Source: Eubacteriales bacterium
Lineage (GTDB): Bacteria; Bacillota; Clostridia; Oscillospirales; CAG-382
Reading direction: 5' to 3'
Assembly (NCBI GenBank): GCA_045651025.1
Contig: JAZRRU010000078.1
Location: forward strand, 1-59,076
DNA: 59,076 bases
This document shows positions 16,791 through 24,810 of the stretch, piece after piece (positions within the stretch are counted from its first letter, which is position 1; each line of letters opens with the position of its first letter). The notes beneath the pieces are model-generated. The model ran no database searches. It had not been told where the DNA came from and worked only from the letters and a program-made list of their open reading frames with translations. The translations under genes were made by a program, and so were the position numbers.

Positions 16791-18494
16791 TTACATAGGA
16801 GAACCGTCTTTTGCACGGCGGATCTTGTTTGTCGTGGTCTTGACAAAGGGAGTTTCGCGGATGATTATCTTCGTGATCTGCTTGTAGGTGGGAAGCTCCT
16901 TGAGCGTTTCGTAGATGTCGTTTCTAAGCTTTTCGTTGAGCTGCTCGCGAGGAGTGTTTTCAAGCACCTCGGGGTCGATGATGCACTGGATAGCAAGCTC
17001 TGCTTCCTTGCCTTCCTCGTCGCGTGCGCCGTAGACGACGCTCTCGAGAACGTAGTTTATACCGCCGATGTAGCCCTCGAGCTCTTCGGGGTAGATGTTC
17101 TTGCCGTTGCCGAGGATGATGATGTTCTTCTTACGTCCGGTGATCATGATTCTGCCCTTTTCGTCGAGCTTACCGTAGTCGCCGGTATGGAAATAGCCGT
17201 CGTCGTCGAACACCTCGTTCGTTGCTTCGGGGTTTTTATAGTAACCCATCATAACGCTGTCGCCGATAACGCAGACCTCGCCCTCGCCGTCCTCGTTGGG
17301 GTTATCGATCTTGACCTTGATGCATTCGAGCGGATAACCGACGGTCGCGGGGTCGTTGTCTGTATCGAGGTTGACCGAAACGAGAGGAGAGCATTCGGTG
17401 ATACCGTAGCCGTTGCAGACGATGATGCCGATATCGTCGAAGAACTTTCCGATTTCTGCGCGGAGAGGTGCGCCGCCGCACACAACTTTTACGAGGTTGC
17501 CGCCGAACGCCTGATGAATGTCTTTGAAGAGTTTACGGCGGATGTCGATGCCGATATGACGGAGCGCGTTGCTTATCTTGATTGCGGTCTGAATAGTTTT
17601 CGTCTTGCCCTTTTCTTCGATGCTTGCGTTGACACGGCGATAGAGTATCTCAACAAGCGCGGGAACAACGTACATATAATCGGGCTGATAGAGCGCGAGG
17701 TTCTTGACAACGCGCTTCAAGCTGTCGTTGATACAGAGAGTTCTGCGGTCGTGCATAGCAACGAGGATGCCCGCAACCGCTTCATAAGAATGGTGATAAG
17801 GAAGAAGCGAAAGACCGACGGGGCGGATAGTCGCGATGTCGAGACCAAAGTGGACCATCGAGCAGAGGTTATGCTCGGAAAGCATAACGCCCTTTGCGAG
17901 TCCTGTTGTGCCCGAGGTGTAAATGAGCATTTTGAGCTCCTTCGGGTCGCGCGTGAGAGCGAGGAAGTCCCTGTTTCCTGCTTCATAGAGCTCTTTGCCC
18001 TTTGCCATGAACTTTTCGAACGAGAGGTACTCGTCCTCGTCCTCGGTTCTGTCAAAGCAGACGAAATATTTAACTCTCGGAATTTCACTTCTGATACGGC
18101 GGAAAGATTCTTCGCGTTTTTTGTCGCAGAAGATGATATCGTCGTCGCCGTTGTTGATGATGTTGATGAGGTCGGAATCGGGGAGCTCCTTGTCGATCGG
18201 ACAGAAAACGCCGCCGCTCTGGAGCGCGGTCAAGTAAACCGTGAGCCAGTTATAGCTGTTTTCAGCACAGCAAGCGATGTGCGCGCTTCCCATGCCGATA
18301 TCGCAGAGCGCAGTGCCGAGGTGATGAGTGTTTTTCTGATGCTGCGCGTAGGTGATCTCAACGATACCGTCTTTTCCGCGGAATTTGTATGCAACCTTGT
18401 CTGCCGAGTCGGCAACAGTAGCGTTTACGAGTTCTTTTATGCTTTTGAAGGGTATGTGTTTGTTGGGGTGAACTGCAAGATTATTTTTCAGCAT
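16791..18494 (-). CDS. Long-chain-fatty-acid--CoA ligase (AMP-forming acyl-CoA synthetase), paralog 2
   Basis: AMP-binding motif LIYTSGTTGLAKGVMLSEHN, plus GYGITE, the YFHTGDYG...GRKKNII core and the C-terminal KIRR. It is a tandem paralog of the upstream gene. Confidence 0.85.
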   Translation of the reverse strand: MLKNNLAVHPNKHIPFKSIKELVNATVADSADKVAYKFRGKDGIVEITYAQHQKNTHHLGTALCDIGMGSAHIACCAENSYNWLTVYLTALQSGGVFCPIDKELPDSDLINIINNGDDDIIFCDKKREESFRRIRSEIPRVKYFVCFDRTEDEDEYLSFEKFMAKGKELYEAGNRDFLALTRDPKELKMLIYTSGTTGLAKGVMLSEHNLCSMVHFGLDIATIRPVGLSLLPYHHSYEAVAGILVAMHDRRTLCINDSLKRVVKNLALYQPDYMYVVPALVEILYRRVNASIEEKGKTKTIQTAIKISNALRHIGIDIRRKLFKDIHQAFGGNLVKVVCGGAPLRAEIGKFFDDIGIIVCNGYGITECSPLVSVNLDTDNDPATVGYPLECIKVKIDNPNEDGEGEVCVIGDSVMMGYYKNPEATNEVFDDDGYFHTGDYGKLDEKGRIMITGRKKNIIILGNGKNIYPEELEGYIGGINYVLESVVYGARDEEGKEAELAIQCIIDPEVLENTPREQLNEKLRNDIYETLKELPTYKQITKIIIRETPFVKTTTNKIRRAKDGSPM

Positions 18495-20217
18495 TGTTAT
18501 CCTCCTGTTCGAGCGGTGAGCCGTCTTTTGCGCGGCGGATTTTGTTCGTTGTGGTTTTTATAAAGGGGATTTCACGAATTTTTACGTTTTTGATCTGTTT
18601 GTAGGTCGGGAGCTTTTCAAGCGCTTTGAAGATATCGTTTTTGAGCTTTGCGACCTTTTCCTCGACCGTCGAGCCCTCCATGAATTTCGGGTCAACGATA
18701 CATTCGGCGCAGAGCTCTGCTTCGTGACCAATCTCGTCGCGGAGCGCATAGACAACGCTTTCGAGCGCGTAGGGGATGTTTCCGATATAGCTCTCAAGCT
18801 CCTCGGGGTAGATGTTCTTACCGTTGCCGAGGATGATGATGTTTTTCTTTCTGCCGGTGATGAGAAGCTGGTTCTTCTCGTTTATCTTACCGTAGTCGCC
18901 GGTATGGAAATAGCCGTCTGCGTCGATTACTTCCGCGGTCGCTTCGGGGTTTTTGTAGTAACCGAGCATGACCGTGTCGCCTTTTACGCAAATTTCGCCC
19001 TCGCCGTCTTCGTTCGGCTGGTCGATTTTGACGTCGATACATTCGATCCAACCGCCGACGGTTCTCGGGTCGTTGTCAAAGTCGGTGTTGCCCGAAACGA
19101 GAGGGGAGCATTCGGTTATGCCGTAGCCGTTCGTGAGAAGAATACCGATATCGTCGAAGAAGTCGGCAACCTCGGGACGGAGAGGCGCAGAACCGCAGAT
19201 GAGCTTTTCGAGATTTCCGCCGAACGCATCGTGGATTTCCTTGAAAATCTTACGGCGCGCGTCAATTCCGATCGCGCGGAGAAAACGGGAGAGCTTTATA
19301 CCGATCTTGATAGTCTTGGTCTTGCCCTTTTCCTCGACGTTTGCGATGATCTTGCGGTACATGATCTCGACGATAGCGGGAACGACGAGCATGTGACCGG
19401 GCTTGAAGACCGCCATATTTTTGAGAACGCGCTTCAAGCTGTCGTTGACGCAAAGAGTTGACTGATGATGGATCGAAGCGAGAATACCTGCAACCGCCTC
19501 GAACGAATGGTGATAGGGAAGTATCGAGAGCGAAACGTCGCGGAAGCTCGAGAGGCGGAGTCCGTAATAAATAAGCGAGCAGAGGTTATGCTCGGAAAGC
19601 ATAACGCCCTTTGCGATTCCCGTCGTGCCCGAGGTGTAAAGAAGCATTTTGAGGGCTTTTTTATCCTTCGTTTCGAGGTCGCAGAAGCTGTGATCGCCCG
19701 ACTCGAAGATTTCCTTGCCCTTTGCGATGAGCTTCTTGAAGGAGAGGAACTCGCCCTCGTCTTCGTCGCGGTCAAAGCATACGAAATATTTTACGTTCGG
19801 GAGAGATTCGCGGATGTTTTTGAAGATCGTTTCGCGTTTTTTGTCGCAGAACACGATCTCGTCGTCACCGCCGTTGATGACGTTTATGAGGTCGGACTCG
19901 GGAAGCTCTTTGTCGATAGGACAGAAAACACCCTCGGTCTGAAGCGCGGAAAGATAAGTAACGATCCAGTCGTAGCTGTTCTCACCGCAGCAGCCGATGT
20001 GTGCGCTTTCCATCCCGAGCGATTTGATTGCAGTGCCGAGGTGGAAAGTATGCTGCTGGCACTGTCTGTAACTAACTTCGGCGATCTCGCCGTTTTTGTC
20101 GCGGTATTTGAAAGCGATCTTGTCGCCTGCTTCGGCGACGGCGATGTTGAGAAGATGTTTAACGCTTTCGGGTTTTGTGAGGGGACGTGTCTTTCTTGCG
20201 AGGGCATTTTTAGCCAT
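18481..20217 (-). CDS. Long-chain-fatty-acid--CoA ligase (AMP-forming acyl-CoA synthetase), paralog 1
   Basis: LLYTSGTTGIAKGVMLSEHN, GYGITE and YFHTGDYG...GRKKNII are present. RBS AAGGAGA. It overlaps paralog 2 by 14 nt. Confidence 0.85.
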   Translation of the reverse strand: MAKNALARKTRPLTKPESVKHLLNIAVAEAGDKIAFKYRDKNGEIAEVSYRQCQQHTFHLGTAIKSLGMESAHIGCCGENSYDWIVTYLSALQTEGVFCPIDKELPESDLINVINGGDDEIVFCDKKRETIFKNIRESLPNVKYFVCFDRDEDEGEFLSFKKLIAKGKEIFESGDHSFCDLETKDKKALKMLLYTSGTTGIAKGVMLSEHNLCSLIYYGLRLSSFRDVSLSILPYHHSFEAVAGILASIHHQSTLCVNDSLKRVLKNMAVFKPGHMLVVPAIVEIMYRKIIANVEEKGKTKTIKIGIKLSRFLRAIGIDARRKIFKEIHDAFGGNLEKLICGSAPLRPEVADFFDDIGILLTNGYGITECSPLVSGNTDFDNDPRTVGGWIECIDVKIDQPNEDGEGEICVKGDTVMLGYYKNPEATAEVIDADGYFHTGDYGKINEKNQLLITGRKKNIIILGNGKNIYPEELESYIGNIPYALESVVYALRDEIGHEAELCAECIVDPKFMEGSTVEEKVAKLKNDIFKALEKLPTYKQIKNVKIREIPFIKTTTNKIRRAKDGSPLEQEDNNAEK

Positions 20218-20248
20218 AATGAAAGTTCTCCTTGTAATTTATGAGAAC

Positions 20249-20277
20249 ATTATACATGGTTTCGAAAACCATGTCAA
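20249..20277 (-). promoter_or_regulatory. Perfect consensus promoter TTGACA-17-TATAAT whose spacer is an inverted repeat (candidate operator) for the acyl-CoA ligase pair
   Basis: On the minus strand, TTGACA is at 20277-20272 and TATAAT at 20254-20249. The 19-nt element catggtt-tcgaa-aaccatg (20255-20273) has 7-bp perfect arms, fills the spacer and overlaps the -35. Confidence 0.65.
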
Positions 20278-20341
20278 GAGGTTGCAGGAATTATTTCGAC
20301 CGAAACGGGCTGTTTTCGATATAATTTCGAGGACAAAGTGA

Positions 20342-20370
20342 TTGACTTCGGGTGGAATAGATGATATATT
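20342..20370 (+). promoter_or_regulatory. Promoter TTGACT-17-TATATT for the DUF1836/DUF559 gene pair
   Basis: Hexamers at 20342-20347 and 20365-20370, divergent from the ligase promoter. Confidence 0.5.
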
Positions 20371-20402
20371 AAGTATGTTTGATAATACTGAAGAGGGCAA
20401 AA

Positions 20403-20939
20403 ATGCAAAACAAAACAGACAATTTACTTGATATACGTCTTCCTCGATGGGAAGAATTTCCTCAGTTTGAGCTTTATATCGATCAGGTGCTTTCATTCGT
20501 TTCGGAAAGCATCGAGCCGTTCAACCGAAGCGGCGAGCCGATAATAACGCAGTCGATGATAAACAACTACGTCAAAAACGGCGTGCTCAACGCGCCTGTC
20601 AAGAAGAAATATAACAGAGAACACCTCGCGAAGCTTATCGTAATTTGCGTTTCGAAGCGAATGCTTCCGATTTCGTACATTTCCGAGTCGATTATGCTTA
20701 TGTCGCGCTTTTTCGAGATATCCGAGGGGTATAACATCTTCTGTGACGAGGTTGAATACGAAATAAAAAGCACCGTCGCGCCGGAATCTTATCCGCCCCG
20801 AACGATAGATTCCGCACCGTCGCGAAAGGTCGGCGCGATGCGCTCGCTTGCATCTGCGATTGCAAAGGTCCTCATCTTTGACCGCTTTATCGAGCAAAGA
20901 CGCCGCCTCAGCCGTGTCGCAGAGAGTATGAAGAGATAG
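20403..20939 (+). CDS. DUF1836-family protein
   Basis: LPRWEEFPQFELYIDQVLSFV ... ITQSMINNYVKNGVL matches my memory of the DUF1836 signature. ATG 20403 is preferred over the listed TTG 20379. Confidence 0.7.
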   Translation: MQNKTDNLLDIRLPRWEEFPQFELYIDQVLSFVSESIEPFNRSGEPIITQSMINNYVKNGVLNAPVKKKYNREHLAKLIVICVSKRMLPISYISESIMLMSRFFEISEGYNIFCDEVEYEIKSTVAPESYPPRTIDSAPSRKVGAMRSLASAIAKVLIFDRFIEQRRRLSRVAESMKR

Positions 20940-21335
20940 ATGAACAAGACGAAAAATCCGAAACTTACGCCGATATCGAAAACGCTGCGCAAGAATATGA
21001 CGAAAGAAGAAAAGCATTTGTGGTATGATTTCTTAAAAGACGTACCGCAAACGGTGAACAGGCAGAAGGTTATCGGAAAATATGTGGTTGATTTTTATTG
21101 CGCGGATGCGAAGCTCGTTATAGAGCTTGACGGTTCCCAGCATTTTTCGGACAAAGGAATAGAAACAGATAAAGAACGAGATTCTTATTTGAACGGACTT
21201 GGGATAATGGTTCTTCGTTATTCTAATTATGATTTGAAAACGAACTTTTATGGCGTTTGCGACGGCATAACTGAGATCATAAACAGTAGAAGTAAGAAAA
21301 AATCAGAGAATAATGCAAAGATGCCCTCTCCTTGA
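20940..21335 (+). CDS. DUF559 (Vsr-like restriction-endonuclease fold) domain protein
   Basis: LRKNMTKEEKHLWYDFLK...VIGKYVVDFYCADAKLVIELDGSQH...D..RDSYL...G..VLRYSN is the DUF559 pattern. The ATG abuts the upstream TAG. The gene looks AT-rich relative to its neighbours. Confidence 0.8.
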   Translation: MNKTKNPKLTPISKTLRKNMTKEEKHLWYDFLKDVPQTVNRQKVIGKYVVDFYCADAKLVIELDGSQHFSDKGIETDKERDSYLNGLGIMVLRYSNYDLKTNFYGVCDGITEIINSRSKKKSENNAKMPSP

Positions 21336-21400
21336 TTTGCGCACTTGCGAAACAAGTTACGCGAGGCGTAAATCGGACGAGAGATGCTAAATGGCTTTCA

Positions 21401-21552
21401 CCTTGTGGGAAGCTGTCACCGCAGGTGACTGATGAGGGGTAGCTGGCTGAAAGACAACGTTAATTAACATTATTATGAGTACGCACGGATGCTTCGCATC
21501 CTACACCTCATCCACCGTCTCCGACGGTCCCCCTTCCCCTCAAGGGGAAGGC
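21401..21552. repeat. Imperfect long palindrome made of two members of a nested-hairpin repeat family (half copy 21401-21439; full copy 21484-21552)
   Basis: Hairpins gtcacc-gca-ggtgac (21415-21429), accgtc-tcc-gacggt (21514-21528) and ccttcccc-tcaa-ggggaagg (21532-21551). GATGAGGGG (21431-21439) faces CACCTCATC (21504-21512) across a TTAATTAA centre. The segment 21484-21552 is about 90% identical to the reverse complement of 49056-49124. Confidence 0.8.
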
Positions 21553-21603
21553 TTGAGGGGCATCGAAAATTATAGCAAAAATTAAATGCAAGAGGTAAAA
21601 ATC

Positions 21604-21777
21604 ATGAAATGCACGAACAAAAACGTAAAAAGAAACTCAAATAGAAATATCCCCGTTAAGACCAAAAAAAGAAAGCCCATAAAACTGTTGACAAAAAAGG
21701 GCGCGGCGATTTTGTTTGCGGTATCGCTTGCCGTTTTGATATTCGCGTTCGTTATGCTTATAAAAGTTAATTCCTAA
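21604..21777 (+). CDS. Small basic membrane protein (57 aa), hypothetical
   Basis: RBS AGAGG lies 8 nt before ATG 21604. A basic N-terminus (KNVKRNSNRNIPVKTKKRKP) precedes one TM helix. A strong terminator follows. Confidence 0.5.
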   Translation: MKCTNKNVKRNSNRNIPVKTKKRKPIKLLTKKGAAILFAVSLAVLIFAFVMLIKVNS

Positions 21778-21791
21778 AAAACGAATAAAAG

Positions 21792-21821
21792 AGCCCGCGT
21801 TATGATTAACGCGGGCTTTTT
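21792..21821 (+). terminator. Rho-independent terminator
   Basis: Stem agcccgcgtta-N4-taacgcgggct followed by T5. Confidence 0.8.
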
Positions 21822-21995
21822 GTTATTATTGCACAGTTGTCATATATGTTAACGGGGATGAAAATATGGATAAAAACGCAACGAATTGTTTAAATTCACG
21901 AAAATGAGGTCAAGGTATTGCGTTGCGTTGTTCAAAATAATATAATCTAATCAAGGGAAATAACACGTAAGATGATTCCTGGAAGGAGGAACATT

Positions 21996-22421
21996 ATGAA
22001 AAACACAAAGAAAGTATTTTTGTCCTTGTTTATGGCGCTTATTTTTGTAACGCTTTCCGTAAGTATGCCGTTCGCCGCAAATGCTGAAGTGGCATATTCA
22101 AAACTCTCGCCCGATCTCTTGAGTGAATTTGAGAGCAGAGGAAACAACGCAAGAATCAACACGGTTCTGTGGCTTAACGACAACACGACCGAAAAGTATC
22201 AAGCGCAGGTCGAAAAAATCGTTCCTCCCGAAGCGGAAGATTTTGGCGTTGTTGAGCAGAATTTGGAACAAGTATTGCTCACAAATTCCGACGAATTGAA
22301 TATTGAATATACTGCAGAAAAAGAAGCATATATGGAGGCAATGCAGAACCATATTATGCAGAAACGTCAGATAGCCCAAGCTATGTATTATGCGGACAAC
22401 AGTGAAGTTGCCGCGAAATAG
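21996..22421 (+). CDS. Signal peptide + pro-region fragment of an S8 peptidase (ends at in-frame TAG 22419-22421)
   Basis: ATG 21996 follows GGAAGGAGG. Signal peptide KKVFLSLFMALIFVTLSVSMPFAANA. It is in the same frame (mod 3) as ORF 22512..23849. The 90-nt gap translates without a further stop as ESELSGGEIVYISRYSPLIVCNISRSEAIN, which resembles the end of a subtilase propeptide. Confidence 0.6.
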   Translation: MKNTKKVFLSLFMALIFVTLSVSMPFAANAEVAYSKLSPDLLSEFESRGNNARINTVLWLNDNTTEKYQAQVEKIVPPEAEDFGVVEQNLEQVLLTNSDELNIEYTAEKEAYMEAMQNHIMQKRQIAQAMYYADNSEVAAK

Positions 22422-22511
22422 GAATCTGAGTTATCAGGCGGAGAAATTGTCTATATCAGCAGATATTCCCCTCTTATTGTATGCAATATTTCTCGTTCCG
22501 AAGCAATCAAC

Positions 22512-23849
22512 ATGGCATTTAACAGCGACGTTTTATCCTTTAGTTATGGGGAATATGAAGTTAAACCTCAAATGAATGTAAGTGTGCAGTCTGTTTCGGC
22601 TACGACTTTGCAGAATTCCTATGGCATATTAGGACAAGGTATAAATATTGGCATGTTAGAGGTTTCCGTTCTTGATATTAACAGTTCTAATTTTGACGGA
22701 ATTAGAGATAAAATAACATTAGAGTCTCCCAATTCTGAAGCTGATGAAGATTTCGACATAAAACATGCGACACAAGTTGCAACAATCATCGTAGAAAAAG
22801 ATACTGGTGTGGCTAGAGGATTTGAACATTTATATTGCGCATCTATTGGTTCCTACTATGATATATTCAGAAATACGGAATGGCTGATAAGTCAAGGTGC
22901 AAATGTGATCAATAATAGTTGGGGTCTACCGAGCATAAGTGATACCTATGTAGAGTATGATGAAATTTCTTTATGGATGGATCACATAGCGTTGAATCAT
23001 GCAGTTCATATGATTGTGGCTAACGGCAACAAAGGAGTAGATCATGTATCTCCTAATGCAATGGCGTACAATGTTATTTCTGTGGGCAATACTAATGATA
23101 AGAACACAATTACATGCACGGATGACGTTTTATTCGAAAATTCGTCATATAATAATTCATTTAACAACTTAGCATATAAACCCGATCTTTGTGCCTCGGG
23201 AACAAATATCTCAATACCCGGATTCGATAAAGCAGAAACGGGAACAAGTTTATCCGCACCCCACGTAACAGGTGTCATTGCGATGTTATGTTCGTACTCA
23301 CCGACATTATTAAATAAGCCGGCCTTGGTAAAATCCATTCTAATGACGGGTGTATCTACGAAAAAGCGTTTTCATACCGGAAACCAAAATGGGAATATAG
23401 CCGCCTATAAGCAATATGGCGCAGGCATAGTTAATGCATATAATGCAAAGAGAATATTAGATACCGGCAAATACATATATGCAAACTTTTCTGCGACGCA
23501 AACATCTCGAACATACTCTTTAGGTACGATTTCGGCTGGAGAAACAGTTAGTTTGAGTTTGTGTTTTTTAAAAAACGTTAGTTTCGTCTCATCTTCGGGT
23601 CACGAAAATGAAAATACAACGATAACAAATAGCGATCTGGCTAATCTTGATATTTACATTAAGCGTTCCTCAAATCAAAGCGTTGTGGCTAGTAGTACAA
23701 CAACAAATAACAACGTTGAAAAGGTTATATTTACCGTTCCCGCAACTGATGAATACACTATAACTATAACCAAAGTTGAAAATAATACTGGAACGAATAG
23801 AGTTTACTTTGGTATATCTTGGCTCATTGATTCGATCGATCTACCTTAA
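22512..23849 (+). CDS. S8 family serine peptidase catalytic domain (no signal peptide of its own)
   Basis: His motif DIKHATQVATII, oxyanion motif ANVINNSWG and Ser motif ETGTSLSAPHVTGVIAML. The position of the catalytic Asp reads GQGINIGMLE (Glu). Composition is AT-rich. Confidence 0.8.
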   Translation: MAFNSDVLSFSYGEYEVKPQMNVSVQSVSATTLQNSYGILGQGINIGMLEVSVLDINSSNFDGIRDKITLESPNSEADEDFDIKHATQVATIIVEKDTGVARGFEHLYCASIGSYYDIFRNTEWLISQGANVINNSWGLPSISDTYVEYDEISLWMDHIALNHAVHMIVANGNKGVDHVSPNAMAYNVISVGNTNDKNTITCTDDVLFENSSYNNSFNNLAYKPDLCASGTNISIPGFDKAETGTSLSAPHVTGVIAMLCSYSPTLLNKPALVKSILMTGVSTKKRFHTGNQNGNIAAYKQYGAGIVNAYNAKRILDTGKYIYANFSATQTSRTYSLGTISAGETVSLSLCFLKNVSFVSSSGHENENTTITNSDLANLDIYIKRSSNQSVVASSTTTNNNVEKVIFTVPATDEYTITITKVENNTGTNRVYFGISWLIDSIDLP

Positions 23850-23868
23850 GTTGAAAGGGAGGATTCCT

Positions 23869-24762
23869 ATGAAAAGATATTTGATTTTACTTCTCGCGTT
23901 TTTGTTCGCATTTTCATCGTTTTTGACCGCGTGCAACACTCCCGATGAGGATACGAGCGACGTTTCGATCGTTTCCGATGAACCGTCAAGGGATATTTCG
24001 GAAGACGAGAGCAAGACGGAAAGCGAGAACGAATCCTCGAGCGTTGAAGCTCCTTCCGAATCTCCGTCCGACGAACCCTTGGATTCCTCGACGGAAGATA
24101 TCGAGTCGGATGAACTCTCCGAAGAACCCTCTGAATCCCCGTCTGACGAGCCCGAAACTTCGAAGGAACCCGCAACCTCGAAAGAGCCCGAAGTATCTAA
24201 AGACCCCGACACGTCGAAAGAACCCGACACGTCGAAAGAACCCGAGGTGTCGAAAGAACCCGACACATCGAAAGACGTTTCGGAAACGCCCGACGAGGAG
24301 CCGAAAACTCTCACCGAGAACGATATCCTAAAAACGAAAAAAATTCTTTATTACGATGGCGATTATTATACGAGAATTCATAACACTATGATCCCTCACG
24401 GGGTAATGGAAATGTTTTCTTGGCCGAGCTCTTTGATGAGGCGGGTGAAGGATAACGAATTTGATGCTGACACGTATTTTCTCATTGGCATTCAAGAAAT
24501 GTATTATAGATTAAAAGAATATGGCAGTCTTCAAGAAGCGATGGATGATAACGCAGAAGGCGAAAGACTTCTGAAAGAAGCGGGAATGATTTTTTCGGAA
24601 ACACATCCGTTCCTTTCCGACTCGAGCGTTCCGCACTTTGAATACGTTGGTTACGTGACTGCCGATGCGCTGAAAAAGATTGAAACCTATACGGATTATG
24701 CAATTTATCTTACTTGGCTGAATTCTCCTGACAACAACGAAATATGGGATAAAATGAAATAA
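23869..24762 (+). CDS. Lipoprotein, paralog of 15194..16741 (one copy of the unknown C-terminal domain)
   Basis: ATG 23869 follows GGGAGG, 19 nt after the S8 stop. Lipobox FSSFLTACN. The first ~115 nt are near-identical to 15194 onward. It has 7 EP[DE]xSK repeats and ends YAIYLTWLNSPDNNEIWDKMK. Confidence 0.8.
   Translation: MKRYLILLLAFLFAFSSFLTACNTPDEDTSDVSIVSDEPSRDISEDESKTESENESSSVEAPSESPSDEPLDSSTEDIESDELSEEPSESPSDEPETSKEPATSKEPEVSKDPDTSKEPDTSKEPEVSKEPDTSKDVSETPDEEPKTLTENDILKTKKILYYDGDYYTRIHNTMIPHGVMEMFSWPSSLMRRVKDNEFDADTYFLIGIQEMYYRLKEYGSLQEAMDDNAEGERLLKEAGMIFSETHPFLSDSSVPHFEYVGYVTADALKKIETYTDYAIYLTWLNSPDNNEIWDKMK
24148..24273 (+). repeat. 7 x 18-nt in-frame tandem repeat (EPxxSK)
   Basis: Read directly; same unit family as 15461-15568. 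Confidence 0.85.
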
Positions 24763-24766
24763 CACA

Positions 24767-24800
24767 AAAAACTGCCGTAAGCTCGACTTACGGCAGTTTT
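24767..24800. terminator. Bidirectional terminator, sequence-identical to 16749-16782
   Basis: The sequence aacacaaaaaactgccgtaagctcgacttacggcagtttt is shared by both loci. Confidence 0.8.
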
Positions 24801-24810
24801 GTTATTGAAT

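Noticed and set aside
16791-20217. Adenylation-domain genes as part of an NRPS or other biosynthetic cluster
   Set aside because: There are no carrier-protein, condensation, thioesterase or tailoring genes nearby. The size and motifs fit stand-alone fatty acyl-CoA ligases.
20940-21335. The DUF559 gene as a mobile homing endonuclease or restriction system
   Set aside because: There is no methyltransferase, intein/intron context, transposase or target duplication visible. Only its association with the adjacent repeat is noted.
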